Positions 39,849-54,267 of a stretch of 64,000 bases of DNA are shown here, piece after piece. Location: positions 67,952,001-68,016,000 of the forward strand of contig NC_042998.1 in the NCBI RefSeq assembly GCF_006345805.1, written 5' to 3'. The notes beneath the pieces were generated by a model that saw only the letters and a list, made by a program, of their open reading frames with translations, had not been told where the DNA came from and made no database searches. The stretch's first letter is position 1; each line of letters starts with the position of its first letter. The DNA comes from Octopus sinensis. Taxonomy: Eukaryota. The position numbers were made by a program, and so were the translations under genes.

Positions 39849-41547
39849 CTAAACTTCAGTTAAAATTCGTCCAGTAGTGCCTTGATTGGAGAGCAAATAT
39901 CTTAATTGTTAAGAAGTTTCTGATAATTAAATCTAGAAATTCTAAAAAAAGCTACCTTTCCACGACAGGTAGTTGACAGTTCTCCTAATCAACCAATAAA
40001 TATAAGAAATCCATAAAATAAAATTCTTGCACTGAAATGTTTTGGGAATATATATTTTTATAGAAGTTTGTAATAAGTGTTTATTTTTTCTCCACTTGTA
40101 AATGATGTTCGGTGAGAAAGGAAACGAACGAACAAAGTTTAAAATAATCAGAGGTTAGTATGCAAATATATGTGGTGTAATTTCTAATCAATTTTCTAAT
40201 TAAACTTCTCTAACCCAAAGAATTTAAGCCGTGTTTTCGGTTTTTATATTCAATTATCAATCAATAGCAGTTTACAAATGAGATTTATGCAAATTCAATT
40301 GACGAATTTTTGTAAGTTTTAAATAATATTAAGTATACTATCATTGAATTTTTAGCCAAGTTATTTATACATCGTCAAATGAAAGCTAAAAACACGTACC
40401 AGCTTTTGTTTTGCTCTTTGCTTTCTTTCTATTTTTGTTTTTTCTTTCAAACTAACTGTTAAATTATAGGAAACAGTGTTGTGAGCAACTTTTTCGTTTC
40501 AATGTAATAAGGGATTGTATTTCTTAGTGGTTTTCTCTTTATTAATTTTTTCTTCATTCCTGCTACTAATCTCATATTTTTCTCTTGGTATTTTTTTTTC
40601 CGTTTTTGCTTCTAATAAATGACAAGTTTAACCTTTACTTACCTTTTCTGACATCTATCACGAAAGTAAAAAAAATACCAAATAATAATTCCATTTGAAA
40701 ATAATATTTATCTAAATATGATATATTCTGAACTCAGAACCACTTTATCTGTCATTCGTTTTCATTGTATATATACAGAGGTGAAAATTAGCTGTGATAA
40801 AACTAAATATACAATATATTACGTGACCCCAGCCTATAAGGTTTACTATTTCCCCTGTCAAACACAAAAAATACCGAAATGTTCGTTTTACATGTACTGA
40901 CGAAACGAAATCGCTTCTTTGAATGAATTTCTTATTTTCTTCTTACTGGCAAATGACACTGCTTGATGGAAATGTGAAAATTGATCTCAGCGTTAATGAT
41001 CAGATTGAGTAGGATTCCGTGTCATAACTTTCGATAAATGTAATGCATCATAAACCACAACGGGATATCAAATACTATATTATTATTACTATGCCTCAAT
41101 AATAATGATAAACAGCTTAATGCATTCTAAAGTATCAGGGGATAAGACGCTGCTTGCAAGCTACAGGGAACACTAAGCTGGTTAATTGAAAATTTGGCAT
41201 TGGGTTTCGTTTGTCGCTTAATAAATATAAGAATGTATCCATTTGCCTGCATGATATATTTCAACTGATTTTTGTTCTGCACTTGTTTCAGATATTTTAT
41301 CAAATTATATTAATGGAAAATAAGCAGATCATTGCATACGGTCAATAACGTTTATTAAAACCGTAATATCCATTTATAAATTTTTATGGGTTTATATTTT
41401 TATGGTTTTGATGGGGGTTTTAGGAAATCATAGAAATATTATAGAAAATGTTGCATCAAATTAAGAATTAATTTTTAGCTTAAGAATTTCTATTCTAGGA
41501 TGAATAGGAAATTTAAGAACGAATTTCTCAAATACAACACAATCGTG

Positions 41548-41581
<34 letters not shown>

Positions 41582-44175
41582 ATATATATGCAGAAATATA
41601 AAAATATATGCCTCTATATATTTTCATTCTCAGTATGTGTGTGTGGGGGGGAGTATTCATTCTCGATATATCTGCAAAATTGTAAGTAACGCAGTATGAT
41701 AAAATCAATCAACCCCAAATTGCTAGAACTAATAAACGTAGAAGACATCCTTGCACAGATAATAACACTATCAGAAATGACACATACCTAGACACCAATA
41801 CCAACAACAACAACAACCGATAAACGGTTGCAATAAATCTAATGAATCAAGGATATTTAATTAAACCCTAGACAACGCATTTGTCGAGAAATTTGTTGTT
41901 GTTGCTTCAACCTCAGTAAATTGCTGGTTTTCTTTTGTCGATTTTGAATGGGCGTGGTCGAGTTAATTCAACGCTATACATCTAAATTAAGAATGAAGAC
42001 AATTGAATCTAGAACATGTTCTATTTCCCGACCTCCTTGGATGTAAATATTACATCGGATGCCATCTGGACGGTTATAGCTTGGAGGTTGATATACCTTT
42101 AGCAGTATATTCCCTCAGTTTGCCATCAAAGGAGATAACACATGAGAATAATTTAGATATTTGAGTGTTAGGTGTATTTTCGTTGACTACATGGTATGAA
42201 GGGAAATACGTAGATAGTTGATAGCTGTTACCTGGTTCGGTGAGATGCATAGGATGAATTTATATTAAAGCTGTCAGAAATTATCACAGATTATCACTTA
42301 ACAGCTTAGTAATAATTGTTTGGGCTCTAATGTATGTTTATTAATACAAAGTATTTAAAGAATACTGATTACAATATAACATTTTCAAACGGTCAAACAA
42401 AATGCAAAAGTATAGATTGAGTAAATATAATAATTTTTTCAGTATTGCTCTACGTCTCTAGAATAGGGATATGTAAATTAATGGAAGAAAAATTCAACTG
42501 GAGCACAGAAGGTTTAAAGAAACATCTACGTTATAATATTTATTTACAACTTGGTAATAATATAGACTCTTAATAACTGTGGTCTCACACACTCCTTTAT
42601 CTTGGGGCAATCAGAATATATTGGTTAGTTCTTTAGGCTGGCCTAAACTGGGAAACGATTCTAGCAAATACAAATATTTCTGTTTGTCACATTTTCAGTT
42701 TCAGTTGTGTGCGCTCAGATAATTTTGTTTTTACACTTTTGCTGCATTTCTTTTTCTCCTACTTGGTACTCCATCGACAAATGTCGGAAAAGAAGTAAAA
42801 GTTATCCCATTAAAAAGTGATGAGCAAAAGTTATAGAGGAACAATAGAGCTTTCAAATAGTATCGGAAGTGATTAAAATAAATGGAAGGAGAAACAAACG
42901 AATTTCTCTGATATCCCTACGGAATGATGAATCAACGCATTTTAATCATATATATCCTATATACCTCAGATCTAACTTGGAGTTATCACCCTTTCCATTG
43001 TTCTCTTCAGTCAAGTGTTATTCGTAAACTGAAGGACATTTTGCATACTTTCTTTCTGAAACAATTATACCAAAGCAAGGAACATCCTTTAATAGGTAAT
43101 TTTCATCATACCCACAAATTAACGTTTGCAAAAGTGGCATTATTTAAATCGATTTCTGTCTGTCCAATCACCCAAGTTATATAACCACCTCACCAGTCAT
43201 AAATAAGTGAGTGTCGAAGACTTCGTAAATCACTTTAAAAGTAGCCATTATAGTCCTAAACACAAATGTGAATTGTTATTATTTAGTTTTAATGTTGTAT
43301 GAAGCCATGCTTAAACTCTAGTGAGCACACGCACACACGCATACACACACAAATATATATACATATATGCACACACATATAACACATACACGCGCACATA
43401 TATACACACATACACACATGTTGCATACAAACACATACATGCACACATATTTTTCTCTGAATATATATATATATATAAGGTGTATGTAGATACTCATACT
43501 TATATTCATACATATGCACATAAGCGCATACACATCTACATACAAACATATATACATATATACAAGCATATATATACATACATACACGCAACATACATAC
43601 ATATAAACGTGCATGCGTTATGAATGTAACGTGATATATATTAGAGTGTATGGATCTCTGGCGGTTTCAACGATGAGTTTAAATGTCGGGCGATCAATGT
43701 AATTAGTCGCACTCTAAACTGCTGCGTAAGTAGCTAAGTTTTTCGCTGACAGTTTAAAACTCTTATCATAATCCTTGTGTAGAAGCAACTCTCTACGAAA
43801 CGAGCTTATGTCTTTCAATTAGTTGTATGAATTTGACAATGGGGTTTCAATTTCCGTCTGAATATATACATGCATAAGCATGAATGTTAGTTAAGAAGTT
43901 TGATTCGCAACCACATAGTTTCGGGTCTTGTGCCATTGTACGGCACTTTGGGGTACTATCTTCTATTATAGCCCAAGGCTGACCACTTATGTGTGAATGA
44001 ATTCGGTGGAATGAATGAGTAGAGATTGTGTTTGGGGGGGGATAATTTTTTTTTTTAATCTTAATAATGTTTAGAGTGAGTTATGAAAATTATCCCCTTA
44101 AAAACGCCATCTCTACTCATTTTTTCAAATATATATAATACTGTACCAAGAACTTGCTCTTATTATTCTACTATG

Positions 44176-44207
<32 letters not shown>

Positions 44208-44710
44208 CATACATATATAAACAAGCATATAAATATCAGTAGTTTTGCTACAAAATGGTGATAATAATGCGCAAATACGCAGAAATCAGGTGATCAAAGA
44301 GGAAGATGGAAAGATATAAGTGGGCAAAAAGCTTTCGAGAGAGAAGCAGCGTGCCCTTACATATCTGGTTTGTTAAAGTGTATGCGTACAGTAGTCCAGC
44401 TAATAATATTCTACGTAAAATCCGAAACATTTTGCAAAATAATACGCATTCGTAAATCCATGAATACATACATACATACAGACATACATACATACATACA
44501 TACATACATACATACATACATACATACATACATACATGCATACATACATACATACATACATACATACATACATACATACATAGAAGATTGCATACATACA
44601 TAGATCCGTATTTAAAAATAGAAACATACTTTCATATCTAGTTCTTATGTTAAATTATTATGCGTCATGTGGCTACCACCACCGCCACCGCCACCACTAC
44701 TACTACTGCA

Positions 44711-44774
<64 letters not shown>

Positions 44775-45788
44775 TTGTTGCTATTGTTATTGTTGTTAGT
44801 GCTACGTCTACTACTTCGTAAATGCTATACGGTAGCCTTCAGATTATCTTGGGTAGACAATGCGATATTTCATTTTCGAAAACCACCAGTTAATTGGTGT
44901 CTATCAGTAACGTTATGGCGTATGTGAAGAATTTAACAACTTAATCAGGTGTCATCTTGTATCTGAAAAATATATCCTACTTAGTGTTTGGTGAATGTTT
45001 CACAGACAGCATCTCCATTAGACTCTACTAAATTTTGTAGAATTTAATTTCAAGGAATTCAAAGTTCCGAGGCGATATATCTGTTTTTCGACATTTGGTT
45101 GAATAGCGTTATCTTAAAATGTAAAAGTGATGTCGTAGAAGCGAAACAATTTACAGGAGAGATCTCAAAAACACATTACAGACACACACACACATACATA
45201 CATACATACATACATACATACATACATACATACATACATACATACATACATACATACATACATACATACATACATACATACATACATACATACGTGTGTT
45301 GATTCATATTCAATGAATGAGTAAGAAGTGCAGAGTACATAAGATGTCAGTGATATTTCTTTACATTGAAAGGACACTAAGAGGCTGTCTCGTGACTCGA
45401 AATTCACGTCAATGCGATCTTCATACAAAACACGTTACTCAGACACACACACACAGATGTATGTGTGTGTGTATGTATGTATGCATGTATGTATTAATGT
45501 ATGTACAGGTGTGTGGACAGGTAAATGGACAGGCTAAAGAAAGTGGCTCTCTACACATTTGGTTTGAGTTACATATATTTAATAAAAGTTCCACTCAACT
45601 CTGCTTCACTTAAAGCTTTGTGACCAAGTAGGACACATCCATCTCAGCAGATGTTCGAAGTGAGTTTGAAAGGTTTTTCAAAGCCGTCTTCAATTGGCTT
45701 GCAGTAATCTTTTCTGTTGTAGCTGGTATTCCCAGAGCTGTCGATTGTATTTTTAAAAAATCTACTGTCCCAGCTAATTTAAGATGTA

Positions 45789-47074
45789 CGAGGGGCGTTC
45801 AATAAGTAATGCCCCTGACCCACTTCCTATAGCAATAGAGCAACGAAACTTGGCACAGTTATTAGTCTTTTTCTACATAGGAACCACCCAGAGTTACGCA
45901 TTTCTACCATCGTTTGATGCAGCTCTGGAGACCGTTTTTGTAGAAGACCCCCAGCTTGGTCCTCCAACCTGAATGTGACTTCAGAAATCAAGGCTGCATC
46001 ATCTGGGAAACGCTTTCCTTTCAAAAACAACTTCATGACTGGGAAGAGGTGAAAATCAGAGAGTGCAAGGTCAGGAAAGTAGGGGGGATGGGGAGGAGTT
46101 CATAGCCATACGCCTGTGCTTCTGATCTGGCGACAAGCGTGTTGTGGACCGGAGCGTTGTCCAGCAGGAGGAGGATGCCTTTGCTGAACTTGCCCCGCCT
46201 CTTGATTTTGATAACTTCTCTTAATTTCCTCAAAAGTGAAGCATAATAGGCTCCTGTAATTGTGGTACCCTTTGCCAGGAAATCTGTCATCACTACTCCG
46301 TCCTGGTTCCGGAAGACCGTGAGCATGAGCTTGCCAGCGGAGGGCTGCACCCTTGCCTTCTTTGGAAGGGGTGAGTCACGGTGCTTCCACTGCATTGACT
46401 GGGCTTTGGTCTCTGGATCATCGTGATGGACCCAGGTTTCATCCTGTGTAATCAGTCTTTTGAAAAATTTTGTCTCATCTTCTTGGCACATCTCCAAATT
46501 CACCCTCGAGCACTCGACGCGTTCTTGCTTCTGGAAAGGCGTGAGCAACCTGGGAATCCATCTGGCAGACACCGTTTGCATATGCAAATGGTCATGAATG
46601 ATAGTTTCTACAGACCCGGTACTAATCTTGACCTCATGGGCTATTTGGCGAATAGTTATGCGTCGATCTCCCAAAATGGCAGCCTCAACTTGACGGACAG
46701 ATGCCTCATCAATGGCAGAAGGGGGCGACCAGATCTGGGAGCTGTTTCCACAGAGTTCCGACCATGTTTGAATTCACGATGCCAGCGTTTTACAAGGTCA
46801 TATGATGGGGCATCATCACCATAAGTTACTTTCATTTCATCAAAAGTCTCCCGTGGTGTGCGTCCTTTAAAATACAAAAACCGGATCACTGCTCGACACT
46901 CAACAGGCTCCATTTCACACTTGACTCAGTTCAAACACCTGTAAATTAGAAACCACAATTAGTTCAGAGCTGTAATTTTCCACTTAATCTATAGAGATAT
47001 AAATGATTGCACATGATCAACATGATCAAACAACTGCAAATGGGTCAGGGGCATTACTTATTGAACGTCCCTCG
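45789..47074 (-). mobile_element. Full-length (1286 bp) mariner DNA transposon, irritans-like subfamily
   Basis: 34-bp TIRs (cgaggggcgttcaataagtaatgcccctgaccca at 45789-45822; inverse at 47041-47074 with 1 mismatch), TA on both sides (45787-88, 47075-76), internal transposase. Confidence 0.95.
45862..46913 (-). pseudogene. Mariner DD34D transposase, disrupted
   Basis: MEPVECRAVIRFLY...RSGRP, WIPRLLT, ITQDETW, LDNAPVH, YFPDLALSDF (34 residues between the last two Asp after frame correction), C-terminal RW*KCVTLGGSYVEKD*. Three 1-bp frameshifts and one internal TAG. Confidence 0.93.
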
Positions 47075-49009
47075 TAATTATTGGTTGTGCGAGATTTATC
47101 TATTATTTTCAGTAGATTGAGCAACCATAATATGAAGAGGTTGTAGAATAACATGGTCTGCCAATACCTCACATTTCTTCTCTTTTCCCACCTTCTGTCT
47201 TACGCTACTATTCTTTTTAGCGAGCAGTTTGACCTTGCATTTTATTATTCCTGTGAAGTGTTAGTCTGTACAAGGATATGCTGTCAATGAGAGAAACATG
47301 TTTGTATTTTTACTTTAACTATGTATATACATATTCGTTTCCAATTTTTCACGCGACCAGCAATTTCAGGGGAGAAGAGAAGTCGTTTACATCTACGCCA
47401 TTGTTCAACTGGTACTTATTTTATCAACCCACGAAATCGATGAAAGGCAATGTCGACCGCGGCAGAATTTGAACTCAGAACGTAATGACAGTTAACAGAA
47501 CGTAATGACGTGTTAACAATTCTAACAGCTCGCGCCGCCTTAACGGCGTATATTACATATTGCCATCTGAACTTTAAGATCTATCTTAGCTCCATAACAG
47601 AAAATTGACTCGTTAGATTTCCTTCCACTACACTTCCGGAAAAATATTTTTAACATTTGGCTTTATATTATAAAACAAACATTTTAATACTCAATTATGA
47701 CAGTGAAAACCAATAGTATGAATACGCAATAACGACCACAAATATTGCTGTATGGCTCTTTTAGGAGGTCCCAGCGGGTCAGATATTGGTTCACTGATCG
47801 TAAAATGCTTTTACGATGTTGATTGAGACGGAGGAGCGTCTACACAATCGGTGCAGAAAATAAATTCATTAGTTCGGGTTTGAAATCCATTTTATCAATT
47901 TTTATTATCAATGTGCGTCTGTATGTGTATGTATGTATGTATGTATGCATGTATGTATGTATGTATGTATGTATGTATGTATGTATGTATGTATGTATAT
48001 ATGCATCTGTATAGCTACCTAGCTTGCCGTGTTTGTATGCATATATACATCTGTATATACACGTTTATGTATATATGTACATGCATAAATGCATACATAC
48101 AAACATGCATGCATGCATGCATACATACATACATACATTCATACATACAAGGGTGTTCCATGTAGTATCCGTTTATTAAATTCCATTCCTGAGATGTCGG
48201 TCAACTCAAGCTGCTGCACAGTTTGATCAAGGCTGGAACCGCATAGTTTACGAAACAAATCTCACAACCACCACTGCTATGCCAGCGGCAACCATTTCAT
48301 TCCAAATGTATTGTTGTTCGTACCAACCATTTAAAAACTTTTAACACAAAAATGCAAGTCCTTTTGGCGCTATCAACTGAGAATCGAGATGAAAAATGGC
48401 GAAATAAAAACGATTGTAAGTGACAGATGGTTTCGAAATATATATATATTCCGATATATAACTTTTTTTGTTCATTTTTTTCCTTTTGTTTTCTTTTTTG
48501 TTCTTTGCTGACTGTTAACCTTTACAAATACAATATGTCTGCTATAGATTATTGTACGACTTTTATTTTTATGTCTCCCCTGGTATTTTGACTTTTACAA
48601 CATAAGTTATTTCCCTTTATTCCCACATCATCTCTACTTGGTGAAATTCTATATGGGTGCCTGTATATGCGTCTGTGAGAATGTCTTCGTGTGAGTGCAT
48701 GTGCATGACAGTGTTCAGTTGTGTGTCTGAAACAAACAAACTGATATGTATGCCTACTCATAATATGTGAGTGCATGTGTGTGCGGGCGTGATTGATTCA
48801 TTGTCTTTATGTGTAAGAGTTTGTGCTGGCGTGTGGATGTGTGCATGAGATTGTGTGTGTGTGTATGTGTATGTGCATGCGTTTAACAAATTCACTGATA
48901 TAAATATCTATTATACATTTACTCACTGTGAATGTGTGTATGTGTGTATTATGTAGGTGTGTGAATTATGGTGTGTATACGTGCCTATAAAGCAAACTTA
49001 TTTTATTCA

Positions 49010-49350
49010 GCGTGGCTGTGTGGTAAGAAGCTTGCTTCCCGACCACTTTGTTCCGGGTTCAGTCCCACTGTGTGACACCTGGGGCAAATTTCATCTACTA
49101 TAGCCTCGGGCCAACCAAAGCCTTGCAACTGGATTTAGTAGACGGAAACAGAAAGACGCCCGTCGAGTGTGAGTGTATGTGAGTGTGTGTGAGTGTGAGT
49201 TTGTGTGTGTGTGTATGTGTGTGTGTGTGAGAGAGAGAGTGTGTCCTTGTGTCTGTGTTTGAGCCTCACCACTGTATGACAATTCGCTTAATGTGCTTAC
49301 GTTGCAGTAACAGCAGTTCGGCTAAAGTCTCCGATAAAATAAGAACCTAG
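49010..49350 (+). mobile_element. SINE family A, 3'-truncated
   Basis: gcgtggctgtgtggtaagaagcttgcttccc head followed by central (GT)n and partial body. Confidence 0.8.
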
Positions 49351-49862
49351 CTTTAAAAAATATTTTTAAAGCACTCTGGATCAAACCACAACTTTCTCTC
49401 ACTCTTTCTTCCTGTTTCTGTTGTACCTGTATTTCAAAGGGCCAGCCTTGTCACACTCTGTGTCACGCTGTTTCTCTCAGAGTACTACGTTAAGGGTACA
49501 CGTGTCTGTGGAATGCTCAGCCACTTACAAGTTAATTTCACGAGCAGGCTGTTCCGTTGATCGGAGCAACTGGAACGCTCACCGTCGCAACCGACGGAGT
49601 GCCACGATATGTACAGATGCGTCTGGACAATGAATATGTAGATGGCGCAACAGAACAACCTTCCATATTTTACATGGTTATTGCTGTGAGGCTCGGAAAG
49701 TTAGGCAGGTGCTAATAGTGTTCTGTTGTAAATAATGCTTTATAGTATTTGATGTTATCATTATTCGTAGCAACGAATAACGTCGTCTTATTGGCGCATT
49801 TGTCAAGCTCTGCCTATAAATTGCGGGGCTCGTTTTGCTGCAGACTGCCTAAATGTTTAAAT

Positions 49863-49906
<44 letters not shown>

Positions 49907-50549
49907 TGTGTGTGAGAGAGAGAGTGTGTCCTTGTGTCTGTGTTTGAGCCTCACCACTGTATGACAATTCGCTTAATGTGCTTACGTTGCAGTAACAGCA
50001 GTTCGGCTAAAGTCTCCGATAAAATAAGAACCTAGCTTTAAAAAATATTTTTAAAGCACTCTGGATCAAACCACAACTTTCTCTCACTCTTTCTTCCTGT
50101 TTCTGTTGTACCTGTATTTCAAGGGCCAGCCTTGTCACACTCTGTGTCACGCTGTTTCTCTCAGAGTACTACGTTAAGGGTACACGTGTCTGTGGAATGC
50201 TCAGCCACTTACAAGTTAATTTCACGAGCAGGCTGTTCCGTTGATCGGAGCAACTGGAACGCTCACCGTCGCAACCGACGGAGTGCCACGATATGTACAG
50301 ATGCGTCTGGACAATGAATATGTAGATGGCGCAACAGAACAACCTTCCATATTTTACATGGTTATTGCTGTGAGGCTCGGAAAGTTAGGCAGGTGCTAAT
50401 AGTGTTCTGTTGTAAATAATGCTTTATAGTATTTGATGTTATCATTATTCGTAGCAACGAATAACGTCGTCTTATTGGCGCATTTGTCAAGCTCTGCCTA
50501 TAAATTGCGGGGCTCGTTTTGCTGCAGACTGCCTAAATGTTTAAATCAG
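49229..50549. repeat. Near-identical ~685-bp tandem duplication bounded by (GT)n
   Basis: Offset 685 at the start and 684 at the end. The only difference I saw outside the microsatellite is aaaggg vs aaggg. Confidence 0.95.
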
Positions 50550-50814
50550 TGTGTGTGTGTGTGTGTGTGTGTGCGTGTGTGTGTGTGTGTGTGAGTGCGT
50601 GTCTGTGTGTGTGTGTGGGGGGGGGTGAGCGTGTGTGAGTGAGTGTGCGCGTGTGTGTGAGTGCGTGTCGTGTGTACATAGATTACACATTTTTCAGTTG
50701 AGGGACGGATGTTAAATGTAAGTTTGACGTATCGCTACACGTATTGCCAATTAACATAAAAACCTCCCATTGCTTGCTCCCTCAGCAAACGGTAGCCAGA
50801 AATGAAGCAGCAAC

Positions 50815-50820
50815 AGTGTC

Positions 50821-50877
<57 letters not shown>

Positions 50878-51350
50878 TGCAGCAGCAGCAGTGGTAGTAG
50901 TAGTAGTAGTAGCAGCAGTAGTAGTAGTAGCATCAGCAGCAGTAGTGGTGGTAGTAGCAACAGTAGTAGTAGTAGTGGTTGTTGTAGTACTAGTAGTAGT
51001 ACTAGTAGTAGTACTAGTAGTAGTAGTAACAGCAGTAGTAGTACTAGTAGTACTAGTAGTAGTAGTAACAGCAGTAGTAGTAGTAACAGCAGTAGTAGTA
51101 GTAGTAGTAGTAGCAGCAGCAGCAGTAGTAGCAGCAGTAGTGGTAGTAATAGTAGCAGCAGTAGTAGTAATAGTAGAAATAGTAGCAGCAGCAGCACTTG
51201 TAGTAGTACTACTACTATTACTAATACTACTACTATTTGTTGTTGGTGATGATGATGATGATGATCATGATGATGATACTCTAATAAGGAGTGTTGTTGA
51301 TGTTGATGACAATGAAGTGGCTGTTGTTATTGTTGTTGTTGTTTATTATG
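50815..51350. repeat. Compound trinucleotide repeat (GTA/GCA/GAT/GTT)n
   Basis: Direct inspection. Source of the poly-V and poly-L ORFs. Confidence 0.95.
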
Positions 51351-53084
51351 TTTGACTGTAGAGGGTTTCAGTCGTGATTGACCAAACCTTTAATCGGAAG
51401 CGCTTTCATCGCGAACCCTCAAACTTTATTCGTGTCTTCAGACTTAAGACTATATTCTTTTCTAATCTGTTAATGGCATTGGTTTAGTTGGTAGCGCAAG
51501 AGTCGAAGGGGATTCGCCTGCTACTTCTAGCTGTTCTATAATCCCGCTGGGTCTGAGCTCACGATGAATTTTAGAATGATCTAATGCATTTTAGAATGAC
51601 ATTACCTGCTTGGTATTTCATCTTCACAAGCTGAAATGAACCTTGTCTCAGTCTGTTTTGACTTTGGCTGACTCCCGTGAAGCCCCTGATGTTAATGTGT
51701 ATTGAGTTCCTGCTAGATTCTCAATTAACCACTTCCCTAGCTAGAAATAGCAACCAAATCTCTCTCAAAATACACTACGTATTTAAAACCTACCCTAATC
51801 TTAAAACCTTGTACTATCATCTAATATCCATTGCTCTTATTGCTGGCTCTGATCAGTTTCCTGGTATTAGCGATTATCGGGTCAATGTTGGCTTCTGTAA
51901 GTGGATACATGATTTCCAAGAAATAACAACTAAATCATTCTCAAATCTCACAATAGCGTTTTAAATAAAGAAAAGTATATTGGATAATATAGTCCTAGAT
52001 ATACTCATAAAAAATGAGATGTTCACGGCTGGAACTTGTTTGATTATACGCTTTATGTTGTTTGTATAACCATTGGATCGAAAACAAGACAAGAAGCATT
52101 TCAGGGTGTTGGGAGGACAAAATAACTGGCAGACTGTTCGTAATGTCATTTGTTTCTTCTCAAGTCATTCTAACACATATCGTGGTCTTAGATTAACATA
52201 GGAGCCTCAAAATGTTAGAAGTAACAGGTAAATCCTCCTCAAATCTTTCTTTACCAACTACAACAAAAGCAATGGTAGGTTGGACACTATGGACTTGCGT
52301 CTGAAATAGAATAAATATTTGGTAATCATGGTGAAAACGCCTTTAATTCTAGCTTGACCAGGACTGACCTGCGGCCAAGCACAAGAATAATCACTAATTA
52401 GAAATAGAATTATTAATTATAAACAAAAAGAGTTTATCTTTAATTATTTCAGCTATTAATTATCTTAGCAAAACTTCAAATAATATTTGTTTTGTTCTAC
52501 ATTAGAAAATGTGAATTAATTTAGACAATAATATTGGATGTTTGTGGGAAAGATTTCAGCTTTTTACCTTGTGGTTTCTGATTTTTTAATAGCAGATTCA
52601 TTAAAGGCATTCTGGCAATGACCATCTCTCCTTCTTAAGGTATTTTATATTTCCGTTTCCTTTATTCAATTTTTCCTTCTTTAACGCATATTTTGAGAGA
52701 TCTTTGAAATATTCTTAGCGGAGCGAATATCAACTGAGGAGCTCTTTTTGTTAGTCTTGAGGTCGCTGTTGCTGTTGCTGCGGCTACTACGGCCACTGGT
52801 GTTATTTTTGTCGTTTATCCGCTGTTCAATCCTGAATAGGTAGACGTATCCTCAAAAGAGTTCCACCCGTAATTATCACATTGTCTTGGATGTACGTAGG
52901 GCTACATTATCTACAGTGTGTTTTGAGGAAAATTTGGTTACTATTTCATCCAGGCCGAACGATATGTGGAAACTCCATTAATTTTTGAGTTGCTCTAAAC
53001 TACTTTATATGTATATATGAACTGCGGGTATGTGTGTATAAACTGCTTGTAGTATGTATAAACTACTAGTATGTACGCATGTAG

Positions 53085-53451
53085 GGAGGCGCAATGGCCT
53101 AGTGATTCGGGCAATGGACTCGAGGTCGTAGGATTGCGGTTTCAATTCCCAGACCGGGCATTGTGAGTGTTTATTGAGCGAAAACACCTACGAGGTTCCA
53201 CGAGGATCCGGCAGGCGGTGGTGGCGAACCCTGCTGTACTCTTTCACCACAGTTTTCTCTCACTCTTTCTTCCTGTTTCTCTTGTACCTGTATTTCAAAA
53301 GGCCAGCTTTGTCAAACTCTGTGTCACGCTGAATCTCCCCGATTCACGTGTCTGTGGAGTGCTCAGCCACTTGCACGTTAATTTCACGAACAGGCTGTTC
53401 CGTTGATCGGATCAACTGGAACCCTCGTCATCGTAACCGACGGAGTGCCAG
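53085..53451 (+). mobile_element. SINE family B (tRNA-Arg-like head), near full length
   Basis: ggaggcgcaatggcctagtg A box and ggtttcaattcc B box. Body shared with 49385-49605 and 50068-50290. Confidence 0.88.
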
Positions 53452-53799
53452 GTTGTACGTATGTATAAACTCCTAGCATGCATGTAGAAACTGCTATGTA
53501 TAAACTATTAAAATGTATATATACACTGCCAGGGTTTATACCTAAAAATAAGTATTACAACTGAATAAACTGCGAAATGTTTTAACCACTGAAAATAAGA
53601 ACAGTCCACCTGGTAAACTTTCGTCAATCATATTTTACTGACAGTCTTTGCTTAAATCGAGTGTGTAGTAGACAATATAATCCCAAGGTTACATTCAATG
53701 GGATTCGAAGTGAACTTCTAAACTACATTGCCAAATCTGTGCCGTCCTTGATTTTTTACATTAAAGCAGCTTATCACGTCTTATGTAAAGACGTTTATA

Positions 53800-54140
53800 C
53801 ACGCATACATACTGGCAGTTTACACATGTCGGAGATTAGAATTTACACGAAAATGCCTATTTTCCAAGCGCTTATCCGAACCATCCTTCTTTATGGGTGC
53901 GAAACATGGCCCGTGAGAGCTGAAGGTCTCCAAAAACTCAAAGTTTTCGATCACTACGCGAAAATCTTCCGTGTTCGCCCATCGGACTTCATTTCGAACC
54001 CCGAAATACGACAACGCTGCCACATTAACTCTGCAACAATCTTTACTCACAGAACGTCTAAGATGACTTGCCATACTCTCTGTCAGCCTATGGGGAAATT
54101 CATTCACAAGACGGCTAACCAAGATCCCCTCCAAGGCTGA
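53800..54140 (+). mobile_element. RTE-clade LINE 3' ORF fragment
   Basis: IYTKMPIFQALIRTILLYGCETW...LKVFDH...ISNPEIRQRC matches the RTE C-terminal TKxxxxxAxxxxxLLYGCETW motif. Confidence 0.8.
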
Positions 54141-54267
54141 TGCAAACAAGTTCTGCACAAATGTAGACGTGGCTAGCACAATCAGGCTCCCGCGCCTAAG
54201 GTATTCAGCGGCGGAACCGGGAGAGGGTACCCATTGCAGCCTCGACTGAGGCCGACTCTCTGATATA

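Noticed and set aside
50744-51355. 203-aa poly-Val and 148-aa poly-Leu ORFs
   Set aside because: Compound (GTA)n repeat with no splice or homology support. The same applies to 12303-12683 and 44667-44927.
51390-51445. Minus-strand CUGAAGA...GAAAGCGCUUC
   Set aside because: Helix II is offset by 2 nt and no helix I pairing exists.
53085-53160. tRNA-like sequence with A and B boxes
   Set aside because: No complete cloverleaf or acceptor stem, and it continues into a repeated SINE body, so it is a SINE head and not a tRNA gene.
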